From a virus (lineage: Duplodnaviria; Caudoviricetes): a stretch of DNA of 64,000 bases. Shown here in pieces: positions 10,051 through 19,027 of the stretch. Both the position numbers and the translations under genes were made by a program. The DNA is taken from positions 64,001-128,000 of the IMG/VR virus record IMGVR_UViG_3300015615_000196; one strand, given 5' to 3'. How positions within the stretch are numbered: the first letter of the stretch is position 1; each line of letters starts with the position of its first letter. Under the pieces are notes generated by a model that was not told the DNA's origin, did not search any database, and saw nothing but the letters and a program-made list of their open reading frames with translations.

Positions 10051-11062
10051 GCTTTAATTCGTTAGGCGTTACTTTATCGTGCATCCAATGTGTGTCTCCG
10101 ATTTGAAATCTTGAGGAAACAAATTTTGCAACTGATGTTGAAAATTCATCGTACTCAAATTCTCCTGCCAATCGAATCACATAACCTTCGCAAGGGTCTC
10201 CATCGTATTCGGGTTTGTAGAGATCACGAATTTGATCGTAATCAAAAATTCCCCGATACAACACCGGAACAGGAGTGAGTCCAAACAACTCACAAATGTC
10301 AAGTGTGTCGTCCCATGACATGCACATTGTTTCTCGCCATATTGAATAGACGTAGAAATATGTGCTCAAATTTTTGTAATGAATGGTGTGCTTGGCAAAC
10401 ATATTCTCGCCACAGATACGATCACGTTCATCGAGAATGTAATTAATGTTTCCCCACAAGCCCTTCACCCAATCACGGGACGGATGCTTTCCAGAATTGA
10501 TTGATCTGGCGTGAATGTGATCTTTGTACATGGTTGTGTTCTCTCCATCAAGTTTCACCGTCACAATTACTTCCTTCCCTGTAAAATGCGTTATCGAGTC
10601 GAGAACCCTGTCGTCCTTCGTCATCTTTTCACTCCAAGGCAAATGTGGAGTTCTCGGATATTTTACGTGTTTCATCAAAAACTTATTTAAGATTTCGGCA
10701 GGTAAGATTTTCTGAACTTGTTCTGCCGAGAACATTTCTCCCGGTATTCGATACCCCTCTTCCAGAACAATATTACCCCACTTGTCGTATACGTAATCCG
10801 GGTCAAAATGTTGCGGGAGAACCAATATTTTTATCCCTGCCCGTGTCCGCAAATCCTCACAGGACAGCACGGTTTGTTCGGCCAGAATATGACATTTGGC
10901 ACACAAAGAAACGCCATTTTCCATATAGTAGCCACCATCTTCGAACAATTTTCGCTCAATGATATGGTGGGCATCTACGGCAATATCTCCACACCAGACG
11001 CACTTTTGCTTGTCCCGCTTGAAAATATTTTCCCTGAAATCGTCTCTTTTTAACAAAACCAT
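10028..11062 (-). CDS. HNH endonuclease fused to RNA ligase domain
   Basis: N-term RDKQKCVWCG..DAHHI..NGVSLCAKCH; C-term KYPRTPHLPWS, KLDGEN, CGEN, EGYVIR, AKFV. Confidence 0.85.
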   Translation of the reverse strand: MVLLKRDDFRENIFKRDKQKCVWCGDIAVDAHHIIERKLFEDGGYYMENGVSLCAKCHILAEQTVLSCEDLRTRAGIKILVLPQHFDPDYVYDKWGNIVLEEGYRIPGEMFSAEQVQKILPAEILNKFLMKHVKYPRTPHLPWSEKMTKDDRVLDSITHFTGKEVIVTVKLDGENTTMYKDHIHARSINSGKHPSRDWVKGLWGNINYILDERDRICGENMFAKHTIHYKNLSTYFYVYSIWRETMCMSWDDTLDICELFGLTPVPVLYRGIFDYDQIRDLYKPEYDGDPCEGYVIRLAGEFEYDEFSTSVAKFVSSRFQIGDTHWMHDKVTPNELKHGISSVK

Positions 11063-11098
11063 GCAACAAAATTAATAGATTTGCGTATAACAGAAAAT

Positions 11099-12010
11099 AT
11101 GGATAGAAGAGTTTTAGAAGTTATTGCCACTGTCGGCATCCCTGCAAGCGGGAAGAGTACTTGGTCGATTCAAAAGATCAAGAACGATCCTTCTTTTGTC
11201 AGAATTAATCGTGACGATTTTCGTTTCATGATGAAGGATGCCCCTGTGTGCGATCCAAAGATTGAAGGTATCATTTCCAAGTTGGTCTTGAATGCCGTTG
11301 ACGTTTGCTTGATGAAGAATCTCAGCGTCATCGTTGATCAGACTCACTTGAAGGCTGAGTATATCGAAGCCCTTGCTGAACACGTAAAGTATCGTGCAAA
11401 CTTCCGTGTGCAGTTGTTCGACATTTCGCTTGACAAAGCGATTGAGCGTGACAACGCCCGTGAGAAGAAGGTCGGTGAAGCCGTGATCAGAAAGATGTGG
11501 AAGGACTACCGTAGTCTTGTTGACGGTAACGGAAAGATTTTCGAAAGCAGATCGATCCAGAAGCATGTCTACAAGAACCCGGTTTACGTTCCTACTCTTG
11601 AGGAAGTGATCTTGTGTGACCTTGACGGTACACTTGCTCACATGAACGGAAAGAGAGGGCCATTCGAATGGTTGAAGACTGACATCGATGACCTTGATGA
11701 AATTGTCGCAAAGACAATCAAGGATCACGTTGCGCTTGGACATAAGGTCATCTTTATGTCTGGTCGTGATGAAGAAGGTCGTGAGAAGACTGAGCAGTGG
11801 CTCGAATTCTACGGCTTCAAGTATCATGCATTGTACATGCGTAAGCGTGGAGACTTCCGTAAGGATAACATCGTGAAGGAAGAACTCTACAATGAGCATA
11901 TCAAGGGCAAGTACAACGTCCGTGTCATCTACGATGACCGACAACAAGTTGTAGATATGTGGAGATCGCTTGGTCTCAAGGTTTTCCAAGTTGAAAAGGG
12001 AGATTTTTAA
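11099..12010 (+). CDS. pseT: polynucleotide 5'-kinase/3'-phosphatase (T4 PseT-like)
   Basis: P-loop GIPASGKST, RINRDDFR; HAD DLDGTLA, SGR, DDR; ATG at 11099 just after promoter. Confidence 0.92.
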   Translation: MDRRVLEVIATVGIPASGKSTWSIQKIKNDPSFVRINRDDFRFMMKDAPVCDPKIEGIISKLVLNAVDVCLMKNLSVIVDQTHLKAEYIEALAEHVKYRANFRVQLFDISLDKAIERDNAREKKVGEAVIRKMWKDYRSLVDGNGKIFESRSIQKHVYKNPVYVPTLEEVILCDLDGTLAHMNGKRGPFEWLKTDIDDLDEIVAKTIKDHVALGHKVIFMSGRDEEGREKTEQWLEFYGFKYHALYMRKRGDFRKDNIVKEELYNEHIKGKYNVRVIYDDRQQVVDMWRSLGLKVFQVEKGDF

Positions 12011-12063
12011 TCTCCCTTTTTCTTTGTAGTTTTGGGGGTTCTACAACTATTTATACCTATATC

Positions 12064-12252
12064 ATGGACACACAAGAGCCAAAAAAACTCACTGCATCCG
12101 ATGTGGCGAAATTCTTGGGGGTTGAGAAAGAATTCAAAGATGCTCTTTTCGAGCAGGAAATGAAGGAAACCTACGAGAATTTCAAAAACGGGGAAGAAGT
12201 GAGTGTTAATCTTACCCCGGATGATGAACAAGTAAATGAGCCAAATCAATGA
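12064..12252 (+). CDS. small acidic hypothetical protein
   Basis: 62-aa ORF after TATTTATA motif; resembles the C-terminal tail of the next ORF (DVAKFLGV vs EIANFIGV). Confidence 0.55.
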   Translation: MDTQEPKKLTASDVAKFLGVEKEFKDALFEQEMKETYENFKNGEEVSVNLTPDDEQVNEPNQ

Positions 12253-13741
12253 AGCCTTTTCGGTCAGTAGAGGAAAAGACGAACGTGGAAACGTAATTGC
12301 ATTTATAGACCCTTCGAAACCAGAGAACGCAAAGAGTTTCGACTACAGACAGGTCTTCAAAGATCACGGGGCAAAGTGGAATCCAAACAGTAAATTCTGG
12401 TACTGGTATGTTGGTAAAACCGAAGACCAGTGGAGAAACGTTTTCAGCAAATTCATTGAACCAGCACTTAAAGCCGTACACGGTAAAGAAGGTGCAAGCG
12501 AAGATGACAGCAAAGCAGCAGTCATTGCATCATTGGATGCTCTCATTTCTCAAATTGAGACAACTCCTATCGCTTCAACTGATGTGAAACTTTCACCTCA
12601 GCAAGAAGAAACAATCAAGAACAAACTTTTACAATTCAAGCAACGACTTGTTAACATCGAAAACGATGAAGACTTCAAAGCAGCCGTTGCAGCAGTAATC
12701 AAATTCAAGAACGCACAGGGTTACAAATTTTCATTCGGTAACTCTATTTTAATTCTTATCCAGAATCCTCGTGCAACCATCGTCAACAGCAAGACCAATT
12801 GGGAGAAGTACTACAATCGTACTGTGAAACCAGATGCGCAGCCGTTGATGGTCTATGCTCCTAATAGCGTAGGTGGTGGTATGTCTGCCGACAAGAAAGA
12901 AGAAGCAGAGAAAAATTACCTTGCAAAGATCGGCAAGACCAAAGACAAAATGAGTCCACATGAAAAGATCGTTCTTCAAAGTCTTCAAAGAGGTTACGGT
13001 TATGCAAAGTCATTTACATTCGTAAGCGTATATGACGTTGCTGACACGCAACAGATCGAAGGCAAAGAAGACTTCATCAAAGGCACTGAGGACAGAAATA
13101 AATTAAAGTGGCACGAAGAAAACAACATCACCGAAGAAGTAAGACCTCTTTATACTGCATTGCTTAATATCGCAAAAGAGAAAGGCATTGACGTAAGCAT
13201 GGCCGACACTCTTGGTGGTGCAAGAGGTGTGAGCAGCAGTGGACGTATTCAAATTTTAAAGAACGAAGGTAATGACGTTGGTTTAACCAAGACCCTTGCC
13301 CATGAACTTGCTCACGAATTTCTCCACCAGACCTATCTTGGTACAAGAGATAAAGAACTCGGTAAGTTCTTCATCGGTAAAACAGAAGGTAAAGATGCCA
13401 TTGAACAGCAAGCGGAAATCGCTGCATGGATGATCATGGATGCCTTTGGATTCGATGTAAAAACTACTTCATTAAACTACGCAGTCATTTGGGGTGGTGA
13501 CAAAGAAAAGATGGTTAAAGTATTTGATACGGTTGCTGGTGTTGTAAACAAAATTATTGACGACATCAACTCACAGTTGAAAAAGAATGTATCGGAAAAT
13601 ACTGGCCAGCCAAGACTTGGTCAACACGTTTCACCGCAAGAAATCGCAAATTTCATTGGCGTTGGAAACGAGTATTCACAAGAAGCCAAGCGTGAATCGA
13701 TGCTTGAAAACTTCTATCGAAAGGTTAACATCATTCGATAA
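12236..13741 (+). CDS. ArdC-like ssDNA-binding domain + zincin metallopeptidase
   Basis: FSFGNSILILIQNPRAT...W...RTVK ArdC-N motif; HELAH...EQQAE zincin motif. Confidence 0.78.
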   Translation: MSQINEAFSVSRGKDERGNVIAFIDPSKPENAKSFDYRQVFKDHGAKWNPNSKFWYWYVGKTEDQWRNVFSKFIEPALKAVHGKEGASEDDSKAAVIASLDALISQIETTPIASTDVKLSPQQEETIKNKLLQFKQRLVNIENDEDFKAAVAAVIKFKNAQGYKFSFGNSILILIQNPRATIVNSKTNWEKYYNRTVKPDAQPLMVYAPNSVGGGMSADKKEEAEKNYLAKIGKTKDKMSPHEKIVLQSLQRGYGYAKSFTFVSVYDVADTQQIEGKEDFIKGTEDRNKLKWHEENNITEEVRPLYTALLNIAKEKGIDVSMADTLGGARGVSSSGRIQILKNEGNDVGLTKTLAHELAHEFLHQTYLGTRDKELGKFFIGKTEGKDAIEQQAEIAAWMIMDAFGFDVKTTSLNYAVIWGGDKEKMVKVFDTVAGVVNKIIDDINSQLKKNVSENTGQPRLGQHVSPQEIANFIGVGNEYSQEAKRESMLENFYRKVNIIR

Positions 13742-13806
13742 AATAAATCACAAAATCCGGGCTGAAAGTTCTTACTTACAGTATGTATATGTAAGGTAAG
13801 AAAGCT

Positions 13807-14037
13807 ATGAAAAAAATTTTCAACAAGGCCACTTTGTCACTGACAATTCTGGCCCTAATTGTCGTATCGACAGAATGTTCTCCAACATTCAAATCAAAAT
13901 TCTATCACGATAAGTTTAATCCCTGCTCTCCCGGCCCATATCAAGACAACATTGAGTGTGAGAACTGGAAAAAACTTTTCCCAAAAGAATATCAGAAGTA
14001 TCAACAGAGAATCAAAAACGCTGCTAAAGGCAGTTAA
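13807..14037 (+). CDS. small exported/lipoprotein-like protein
   Basis: Signal peptide, Cys residues. Confidence 0.45.
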   Translation: MKKIFNKATLSLTILALIVVSTECSPTFKSKFYHDKFNPCSPGPYQDNIECENWKKLFPKEYQKYQQRIKNAAKGS

Positions 14038-14065
14038 TTAATTTAATTATTCAAAATAAAAAACT

Positions 14066-15571
14066 ATGGCTATTACGTCAATCTCTCCAAATAGTGGTGT
14101 TGGTGGCGATCCGTTCACAATTATCGGAACTGATTTTAATGCACTTTACGCAAACAATGCAACTGTTGAAGTTAAGGCACTCCTAAGTATAACCTACCAA
14201 TGGACTGCTGAGACTCGCACTTATGGTTACAACGTTTCAGGTTCACACACAAACACAACTATTTCTTGTGTCGCACCAAACTACAATGGTAGAGGCACAA
14301 TGTCATTTAGTGTATTCCAAAACAATAATATTGTTGGTACATTCGCATACTCTTATCCGAATTCTACAGTTACATCTTGTAGTTTAGATACGAATAGTGT
14401 CCTTACACCGGGAAGTAGTACAATTACAGTAAATGGCACTAATCTACAATATTTGACCCTTAATCTTATTTATTTTTTGGGGATGATGACTTTAGGGACT
14501 CCTACTGTTACTGGCATTACCTACAATGGAGATTATTCACAGTTATCATTCACATTACCATACGATCCATATGTAACACAATCACACGGAATTAGATTAA
14601 TGATCGGCACAGGCGGTGGATATGGTTACAATAGTACTGAAAATCTCTACAATCACGCAATTACTTATCCAAGCCCAACCATTCAAAGCATAGTACCAGC
14701 AGGTGGTACTACATATGGAGGTTGGTATGGAAACAATAGTTTCAATACTATCACCATATATGGACAAAATTTATGGGGAATGGGATATGCGAAGGTTGGT
14801 AGCGAGTCTTGTAACGTAGTTAGTATTTCACCAGATGGAACACAAATGGTGATTTTTAAACCAACTGGAAATCTTAATGGCAGTAGTAGTGGCTATGTAA
14901 GTATTGGAACTGCTTCAAGTAATATTTTGGTAACAGGCACTCAATGGTATCCTTGTATCTTAACACCATTCATTGATTCATTCTATCCTCAAAGTGGCCC
15001 TGCTGGAACTACAGTTGACATTTATGGCTACAACTTAGTCAGAAATAATCCTCAGTGGGTTGTTCCAAGTGTTACATTTAATGGCGTTCCGGCTGTTGTT
15101 GACACTAACTTTAATGGTGGTGGTCATATTAGAGTGACTGCACCACTTTCGTACACTGGTAGAATCGTTGTAACTAATAATGTTACAGGTTCACATACAA
15201 GTGCAATTGATTATACGTATCCACCAGTAGCAATTAACGTAAATTTTTCAACCAATATAATGGGTGGTGGTGGATCAATCACATCGATTCAGTATTCTAA
15301 AAACGGTGGAGCATGGACGACAATGGGAAGAGGGACAAACATCTATAATACTGACTACATGCAATACAGAGCAACGTTTACAAAGGCAAGTGGATACAAT
15401 TATATGGATGTTCAAATCACGGTTCCACCAGTTGGAAATTGCATGAATGATTCTTCATCAACATCCCCAATTACAAGAAGTACGTGGGGTAGTTTCAGAA
15501 GCCTTTCAAGTTACACTGTTTACTTTGGTGTAAACAGCTACGGGACAGGTGGCGGTGGAGGAATTCACTAA
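14066..15571 (+). CDS. IPT/TIG (Ig-like) repeat protein, likely virion-exposed
   Basis: Repeated ITSISPNSG / IQSIVPAGG / IDSFYPQSGPAGTTVDIYGYN motifs; T/S/G/N-rich. Confidence 0.78.
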   Translation: MAITSISPNSGVGGDPFTIIGTDFNALYANNATVEVKALLSITYQWTAETRTYGYNVSGSHTNTTISCVAPNYNGRGTMSFSVFQNNNIVGTFAYSYPNSTVTSCSLDTNSVLTPGSSTITVNGTNLQYLTLNLIYFLGMMTLGTPTVTGITYNGDYSQLSFTLPYDPYVTQSHGIRLMIGTGGGYGYNSTENLYNHAITYPSPTIQSIVPAGGTTYGGWYGNNSFNTITIYGQNLWGMGYAKVGSESCNVVSISPDGTQMVIFKPTGNLNGSSSGYVSIGTASSNILVTGTQWYPCILTPFIDSFYPQSGPAGTTVDIYGYNLVRNNPQWVVPSVTFNGVPAVVDTNFNGGGHIRVTAPLSYTGRIVVTNNVTGSHTSAIDYTYPPVAINVNFSTNIMGGGGSITSIQYSKNGGAWTTMGRGTNIYNTDYMQYRATFTKASGYNYMDVQITVPPVGNCMNDSSSTSPITRSTWGSFRSLSSYTVYFGVNSYGTGGGGGIH

Positions 15572-15607
15572 AAATAAAAAGGGGCTTTAAAGCCCCTTTA
15601 TTTTTTT
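15572..15607. terminator. bidirectional intrinsic terminator
   Basis: AAAAAGGGGCTTTAAAGCCCCTTTATTTTTT between convergent genes. Confidence 0.8.
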
Positions 15608-16090
15608 CAGGATAATTGGATCACTCAGGATAATGACTTTGTTGTCAAGTGTTCCATCGAAAGATGTTACACTTACCCAACTACCATCATACGGATTTAC
15701 CATATTCGCATGACTGGTCATTTCTGTGAATGTGGCGTTAGGAACAAACTTACTCAGTTGTGTAAAATTACCTGAACAAACAGGGCATGTACCAATGTTG
15801 TTTTGAAATGAGAAGCTATACGTTCCGTTTTCATAAGCAACCTTTTGTTGATCGCCTACGGTCACGGCATATGCAGTCTTGCCCAAGTAAGTGACACGGT
15901 TATTCGTTGTGAAAAGAGAATCACCCTTTACTGGTGATTTGATTTTTATGATGTCGAAGGTGATTACCACATCACTGTTTTCGATTTGCCATGTACCAAG
16001 AATTGGATTCACATACACCGGGGTCGGATCGTTCTTCTGGCAAGCCGATACCAACATCACAAAAACACCCAAAATCAGTGCCTTTTTCAT
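15587..16090 (-). CDS. lipoprotein
   Basis: MKKALILGVFVMLVSAC lipobox. Confidence 0.7.
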   Translation of the reverse strand: MKKALILGVFVMLVSACQKNDPTPVYVNPILGTWQIENSDVVITFDIIKIKSPVKGDSLFTTNNRVTYLGKTAYAVTVGDQQKVAYENGTYSFSFQNNIGTCPVCSGNFTQLSKFVPNATFTEMTSHANMVNPYDGSWVSVTSFDGTLDNKVIILSDPIILKKIKGL

Positions 16091-16143
16091 AGTCTTTTTT
16101 TATTTATACGGCTAAACCATGAAAAGGTTTCCCAAAACGGGAA

Positions 16144-16410
16144 TTAAATTATATGTTCTTCTCTCGGTATGGTTTCCTTTATTGGAACAAATCCAGCTTG
16201 AATTTCGTCATCGATGTCAGGGAGAAAACTTAATTTAGTTTTCTTCTTCCTGTTACCTTCGTTTTCCCAAAACCAAAAACACATTGCTGCGCTATCCCAC
16301 ATCGCTACGATCATAGGTTGATCTTTTGAATAGACTGTATAATTCTGCATTATATAGCCCGAATAATAATACCCATCTTTCAGGGTTGCTTTCTGCAACA
16401 CGTTAATCAT
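16144..16410 (-). CDS. hypothetical protein
   Basis: ORF preceded by TAAATTTG box. Confidence 0.55.
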   Translation of the reverse strand: MINVLQKATLKDGYYYSGYIMQNYTVYSKDQPMIVAMWDSAAMCFWFWENEGNRKKKTKLSFLPDIDDEIQAGFVPIKETIPREEHII

Positions 16411-16580
16411 ACGTCACAAATTTAAAAATGAAATAAAAAGTCCACCCTGAGCGACCTGTTCAATGGGAAGGCGGGTGGACATGTTAAGGATAAATACTGA
16501 CCCTGAGAACGATTCACAACTAAAGTAGAATTAATGCCAGATGTTTCACCAGCACGTTTGGTCAGGAATATTACCAGTAT

Positions 16581-16856
16581 CTATACCTTATTCTCTCGAT
16601 TCTTTCCTAAATGATAACCGTCACACCAGAGGCATTTATAGTTACTGAAATAAACGCCCCTCTTCTCAGACATTTTCTTTGCTGATTTTTGAGCCGTCTC
16701 TTTCGTGTTGTAACTCACCTTCGGTTCACCATTATCTCTCAAATGGCTGCGCTTATCAATCAGACCAAGTAAGTGACCTTTGAAAAGATTTCTCATTAAT
16801 CTCTTCATCGGTAGCTGGTCTTTAAACGCCAGTCTTATGTTTCTTAACTTGATCAT
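16581..16856 (-). CDS. hypothetical protein with YKCxxCxxYH motif
   Basis: YKCLWCDGYHL. Confidence 0.6.
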   Translation of the reverse strand: MIKLRNIRLAFKDQLPMKRLMRNLFKGHLLGLIDKRSHLRDNGEPKVSYNTKETAQKSAKKMSEKRGVYFSNYKCLWCDGYHLGKNRENKV

Positions 16857-16858
16857 AG

Positions 16859-16940
16859 TGGGAGCAGTAGGACTCGAACCTACGAAGCCCGGAGGCGACA
16901 GATTTACAGTCTGTTGTAATTGCCGCTATACGATACTCCC
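16859..16940 (-). tRNA. tRNA-Tyr(GTA)
   Basis: Cloverleaf; ACAGA-CTGTAAA-TCTGT; long variable arm. Confidence 0.92.
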
Positions 16941-16946
16941 AACGGT

Positions 16947-17318
16947 TTATCGCAGTTCAACCTCAGCACCAGCATTCAACAACTGGTTCTTGATGTTCTC
17001 TGCATTCTCTTTCGAGACACCTTCCGAAATTACTTTTGGCGCACCGTCCACAAGGTCTTTCGATTCCTTCAAGCCGATGTTAAGAAGGTCTTTCACCAAC
17101 TTAACGATTTGAAGTTTGTTTGCACCTGCTGATTTAAGAACGATGTCAAAATTTGACTTTTCTGCTGGTACATAGTCCCCATCACCCGGTGGATGATAAA
17201 TTGGTGCTGCGACTGATTGCTCAATCCCATACGTCTCCTTTAAATACTCTGCAAGTTCTTTTACCTCTTTGACAGAGAGATTCACAAGTTGATCACCGAG
17301 TGCTTTTACATCTTTCAT
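16947..17318 (-). CDS. rplL: 50S ribosomal protein L7/L12 (bL12)
   Basis: LSVKEVKELAEYLKETYGI N-domain; FDIVLKSAGANKLQIVKLVK..GLKESKDLVDGAP..GAEVELR C-domain. Confidence 0.95.
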   Translation of the reverse strand: MKDVKALGDQLVNLSVKEVKELAEYLKETYGIEQSVAAPIYHPPGDGDYVPAEKSNFDIVLKSAGANKLQIVKLVKDLLNIGLKESKDLVDGAPKVISEGVSKENAENIKNQLLNAGAEVELR

Positions 17319-17959
17319 ACAGTTACAAGTTTTACGTCCTTCATTTCTGATTCAAACAAAGATACGTCTTTTTTTCTTAATCTTTCAAACCAGTCATCGG
17401 TTTTGATTTTACAGTAGTACAATTCAGGTCTCCCTTTCTTCGTTACTGAAACACCCTTACAGATGACTCCTTCCGTCAAGTTGAATTCGTTGGCTTTTAC
17501 TCGCGCAACCAATTCCTTATTTAAGTTTCCTTCATACACCACTCGCGGTATTCCAACCGATCCGAAATCCTTGACGAAATCTCTCGGTGGTACAAATCCG
17601 TTTTTGTATTGATCAACGTCAAAAAGAACGATGTCAAATTCATCGTTACCAAATTCGTGCTGACCAAATGCTGACTTCGTTCCAACCAGTTCAGCGTAGC
17701 AAACGAAACTCAAAATATTTCTGTACTCCCGTGATCGAAATATCTTGGAGAGAGATTCGTTGTACTTGTTCATGAACAAATCAATTGCGAATCCGAACTC
17801 GGAATTTTTGTCGATCATTTGTTTCCGAGTACCGAACTTGTAGAAGCCACGCTTGTGCGAGTATTCAAATCGCAAGTTCGATCCATCCAATTTATCAAAT
17901 GCAACTATTGGTAGTCCCCAATAATCACCGTAGTACTCAATACTATCGTACTGTTTCAT
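17315..17959 (-). CDS. RNA ligase-like nucleotidyltransferase (Rnl2-type)
   Basis: KLDGSN, YAE, LFDV, EGVICK, KIKT motifs; true start MKQYDS at 17959 (upstream part of track ORF is a tRNA). Confidence 0.78.
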   Translation of the reverse strand: MKQYDSIEYYGDYWGLPIVAFDKLDGSNLRFEYSHKRGFYKFGTRKQMIDKNSEFGFAIDLFMNKYNESLSKIFRSREYRNILSFVCYAELVGTKSAFGQHEFGNDEFDIVLFDVDQYKNGFVPPRDFVKDFGSVGIPRVVYEGNLNKELVARVKANEFNLTEGVICKGVSVTKKGRPELYYCKIKTDDWFERLRKKDVSLFESEMKDVKLVTV

Positions 17960-17968
17960 AAATAAAGT

Positions 17969-18054
17969 TGGTGGGCAGGGAGGGATTCGAACCCCCGAAC
18001 TCCGAAGAGGACGCATTTACAGTGCGTTGCCGTTAACCACTTGGCTACCTACCC
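17969..18054 (-). tRNA. tRNA-Tyr(GTA), CCA encoded
   Basis: ACGCA-CTGTAAA-TGCGT; long variable arm. Confidence 0.93.
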
Positions 18055-18061
18055 ATTGATG

Positions 18062-18133
18062 TACCCTCGGAGAGATTCGAACTCTCGACTCGCTGATTAA
18101 GAGTCAGCTACTCTACCACTGAGTTACGAAGGT
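18062..18133 (-). tRNA. tRNA-Lys(CTT)
   Basis: GCTGA-CTCTTAA-TCAGC. Confidence 0.92.
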
Positions 18134-18138
18134 ATCTG

Positions 18139-18211
18139 TTCCCCTGTTTGGAATCGAACCAAACCCCACTGATTAAGAGTCAGTTGCCTACAGCCAGTTT
18201 GCTACAGAGGA
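18139..18211 (-). tRNA. tRNA-Lys(CTT)
   Basis: ACTGA-CTCTTAA-TCAGT. Confidence 0.88.
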
Positions 18212-18218
18212 ATATAAG

Positions 18219-18365
18219 TGGGATAGAGGGGAATTGCACCAATCGAAAGCCACAGCTAAATCTTTATGTACAATATTACAAATAGCCTAATCTTTCTTTT
18301 ATTTACCTTAGCCTTTTGAGCACCGTCTTCATGACGGCTCCGTTCATTTCACGAAAAGCTATCCC
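18219..18365 (-). ncRNA. 147-nt tRNA-like RNA with large insertion (possible aberrant Ser-TGA)
   Basis: Acceptor GGGATAG/CTATCCC-A, GCCGT-CATGAAG-ACGGT hairpin, weak T-arm GGTGCAATTCC. Confidence 0.5.
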
Positions 18366-18449
18366 ATATTTCAAAGAACGTGGGGATTGTACTGTGGCGA
18401 TTTCTCGATCTGACTGAACAGATTGCACATACTACTTCGTCCCCGAAAG

Positions 18450-18522
18450 TACCCCCATTTGGAATCGAACCAAACCCTTCTGGTTAAAAGCCAGAAGCCC
18501 ACGACCAGTCTGCTATGGAGGC
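18450..18522 (-). tRNA. tRNA-Lys(TTT)
   Basis: TCTGG-CTTTTAA-CCAGA. Confidence 0.88.
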
Positions 18523-18531
18523 ATAACTGTG

Positions 18532-18604
18532 TGTCCCCGGAGAGGTTCGAACTCTCGACTCCCACATTAAAAGTGTGGTACTCTACCAACTGAGTTACAG
18601 AGAC
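18532..18604 (-). tRNA. tRNA-Lys(TTT)
   Basis: CCACA-CTTTTAA-TGTGG. Confidence 0.92.
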
Positions 18605-18621
18605 TTTATTTAAGTTTTCTG

Positions 18622-18709
18622 TGCACCCGGTGGGAATCGAACCCACTTTATGCTTGCGCCTTTATTGATTAAAAGTCAATTGCCTCAATCTCCGGTCGGC
18701 CACGAGTGC
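18622..18709 (-). tRNA. tRNA-Lys(TTT) with atypical long variable arm
   Basis: ATTGA-CTTTTAA-TCAAT then 17-nt variable region, canonical T-arm. Confidence 0.78.
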
Positions 18710-18805
18710 AGAGTTTTATCATCCACTCCCGTGTACGGGGTGGAGACTAAGGTTTTCGTTTCAATCTTAAAGCGTAATACATAAAATGTTCGTTCAAATG
18801 TTCTG

Positions 18806-18876
18806 TGGGTTAGGAGGGATTCGAACCCTCGTGCCTACGTTTTACAGACGTTGCCCAATGCCCCGTTGTCCAACCC
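18806..18876 (-). tRNA. tRNA-Tyr(GTA), atypical short variable loop
   Basis: ACGT-CTGTAAA-ACGT; GAGGG-TTCGAAT-CCCTC T-arm. Confidence 0.75.
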
Positions 18877-18880
18877 GTAT

Positions 18881-18915
18881 AAAATAAAAAACCCGATCTT
18901 TTTCAGGGATCGGGT
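18881..18915 (-). terminator. attenuator terminator of Lys/Tyr tRNA array
   Basis: ACCCGATC-N9-GATCGGGT-TTTTTATTTT. Confidence 0.88.
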
Positions 18916-18941
18916 ATGTTCATATTGTTATGAAATGTCAA

Positions 18942-19007
18942 TTACATACTTTTTCCCTGTCTACTGAAAGACTTCTTATAGGTTTTATATGAATATGACT
19001 TTTTCAT
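18942..19007 (-). CDS. leader peptide MKKSYSYKTYKKSFSRQGKSM (Lys/Tyr sensor)
   Basis: 21-aa ORF between promoter and terminator; its 3' end is complementary to the terminator 5' arm. Confidence 0.82.
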   Translation of the reverse strand: MKKSYSYKTYKKSFSRQGKSM

Positions 19008-19027
19008 TGTCGTTGTCAATTGTGGTA

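Noticed and set aside
11114-11989. 291-aa minus-strand ORF
   Set aside because: Antisense shadow of pseT with no recognisable motifs.
17960-18016. N-terminal extension of the 233-aa ORF, and ORFs such as 18371-18646, 33826-34053, 37378-37605 and 38761-39072
   Set aside because: They overlap tRNA genes and are translation artefacts.
18219-18365. tmRNA
   Set aside because: Too short, no G3:U70 pair, and no convincing tag ORF.
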